From Polyangiales bacterium (GTDB lineage Bacteria; Myxococcota_A; Polyangia; Polyangiales; Polyangiaceae): 64,000 bases of DNA. The notes below the pieces were generated by a model. It was not told the DNA's origin. It worked only from the letters and a program-made list of their open reading frames with translations, and made no database searches. The stretch covers positions 32,001 through 96,000 of the forward strand of contig JBBRLQ010000016.1 in NCBI GenBank assembly GCA_038231275.1, in the 5' to 3' direction. Shown here one piece after another: positions 63,844 through 64,000 of this stretch. Position numbers and translations under genes: made by a program. Position 1 is the stretch's first letter. Each line of letters opens with the position of its first letter.

Positions 63844-64000
63844 ATGGCACGCGGACGCTGGGCACGACGGAGGGGGGCTCCCATCGGGGGGCTCGTTTCG
63901 CTCGTCGCGCTCGCGTTGACGTCGGCGATCGCGCGCGCAGACGACGAAGAGGATCTCGCGGGGCTTCTCGACGAGCACGTCGTCAGCGGGGCGTCGAAGA
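63844..64000 (+). CDS. Partial gene, probable TonB-dependent receptor N-terminus
   Basis: Translates to MARGRWARRRGAPIGGLVSLVALALTSAIARA-DDEEDLAGLLDEHVVSGASK; signal peptide plus DL..LL...VV..ASK typical of TBDR plug starts; truncated by the window end. Confidence 0.55.
   Translation, partial: MARGRWARRRGAPIGGLVSLVALALTSAIARADDEEDLAGLLDEHVVSGASK

Overview
High-GC window (roughly 70% by eye) that is most likely from a myxobacterium. This is inferred from a MYXO-CTERM protein, ECF sigma/anti-sigma/lipoprotein cassettes and RCC1/Kelch lipoproteins with acidic D-A-G linkers, which look Polyangiales-like. About 50 genes fall into four parts. (1) 1-31.5 kb: a mosaic surface-glycan region with a pseB-pseC-pseG-NeuB/SpsE-pseH nonulosonic acid operon, methyltransferases, a PhyH dioxygenase, a lower-GC DUF4910 cassette, an SpsF-AKR fusion plus SDR, an MBOAT with its partner, Wzc and an O-antigen-ligase/TPR protein. 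It is interrupted by MYXO-CTERM, ECF, RCC1 and Kelch genes. (2) 31.6-45 kb: housekeeping genes (ffh, purM, purN, mgtE, TauE) and lipoproteins. (3) 45-53 kb: two Thr-type sulfatase-fold membrane enzymes, YkgJ, MEMO1/AmrB, DUF2452 and a Pro-Thr-repeat lipoprotein. (4) 53.5-64 kb, the best candidate for an undescribed system: a co-directional cluster of CheX, a membrane HAMP-PAS-Hpt-HATPase (CheA-like) kinase, a divergent Alr-family racemase, a Lys2-like C*-A-T-R NRPS-like reductase whose A-domain code points to a basic amino acid, an APC permease, an exported beta-barrel-like protein and a probable TonB-dependent receptor that runs off the window. No rRNA, tRNA, CRISPR array or transposase was recognised. 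All calls come from motif recognition by eye; no searches were run.
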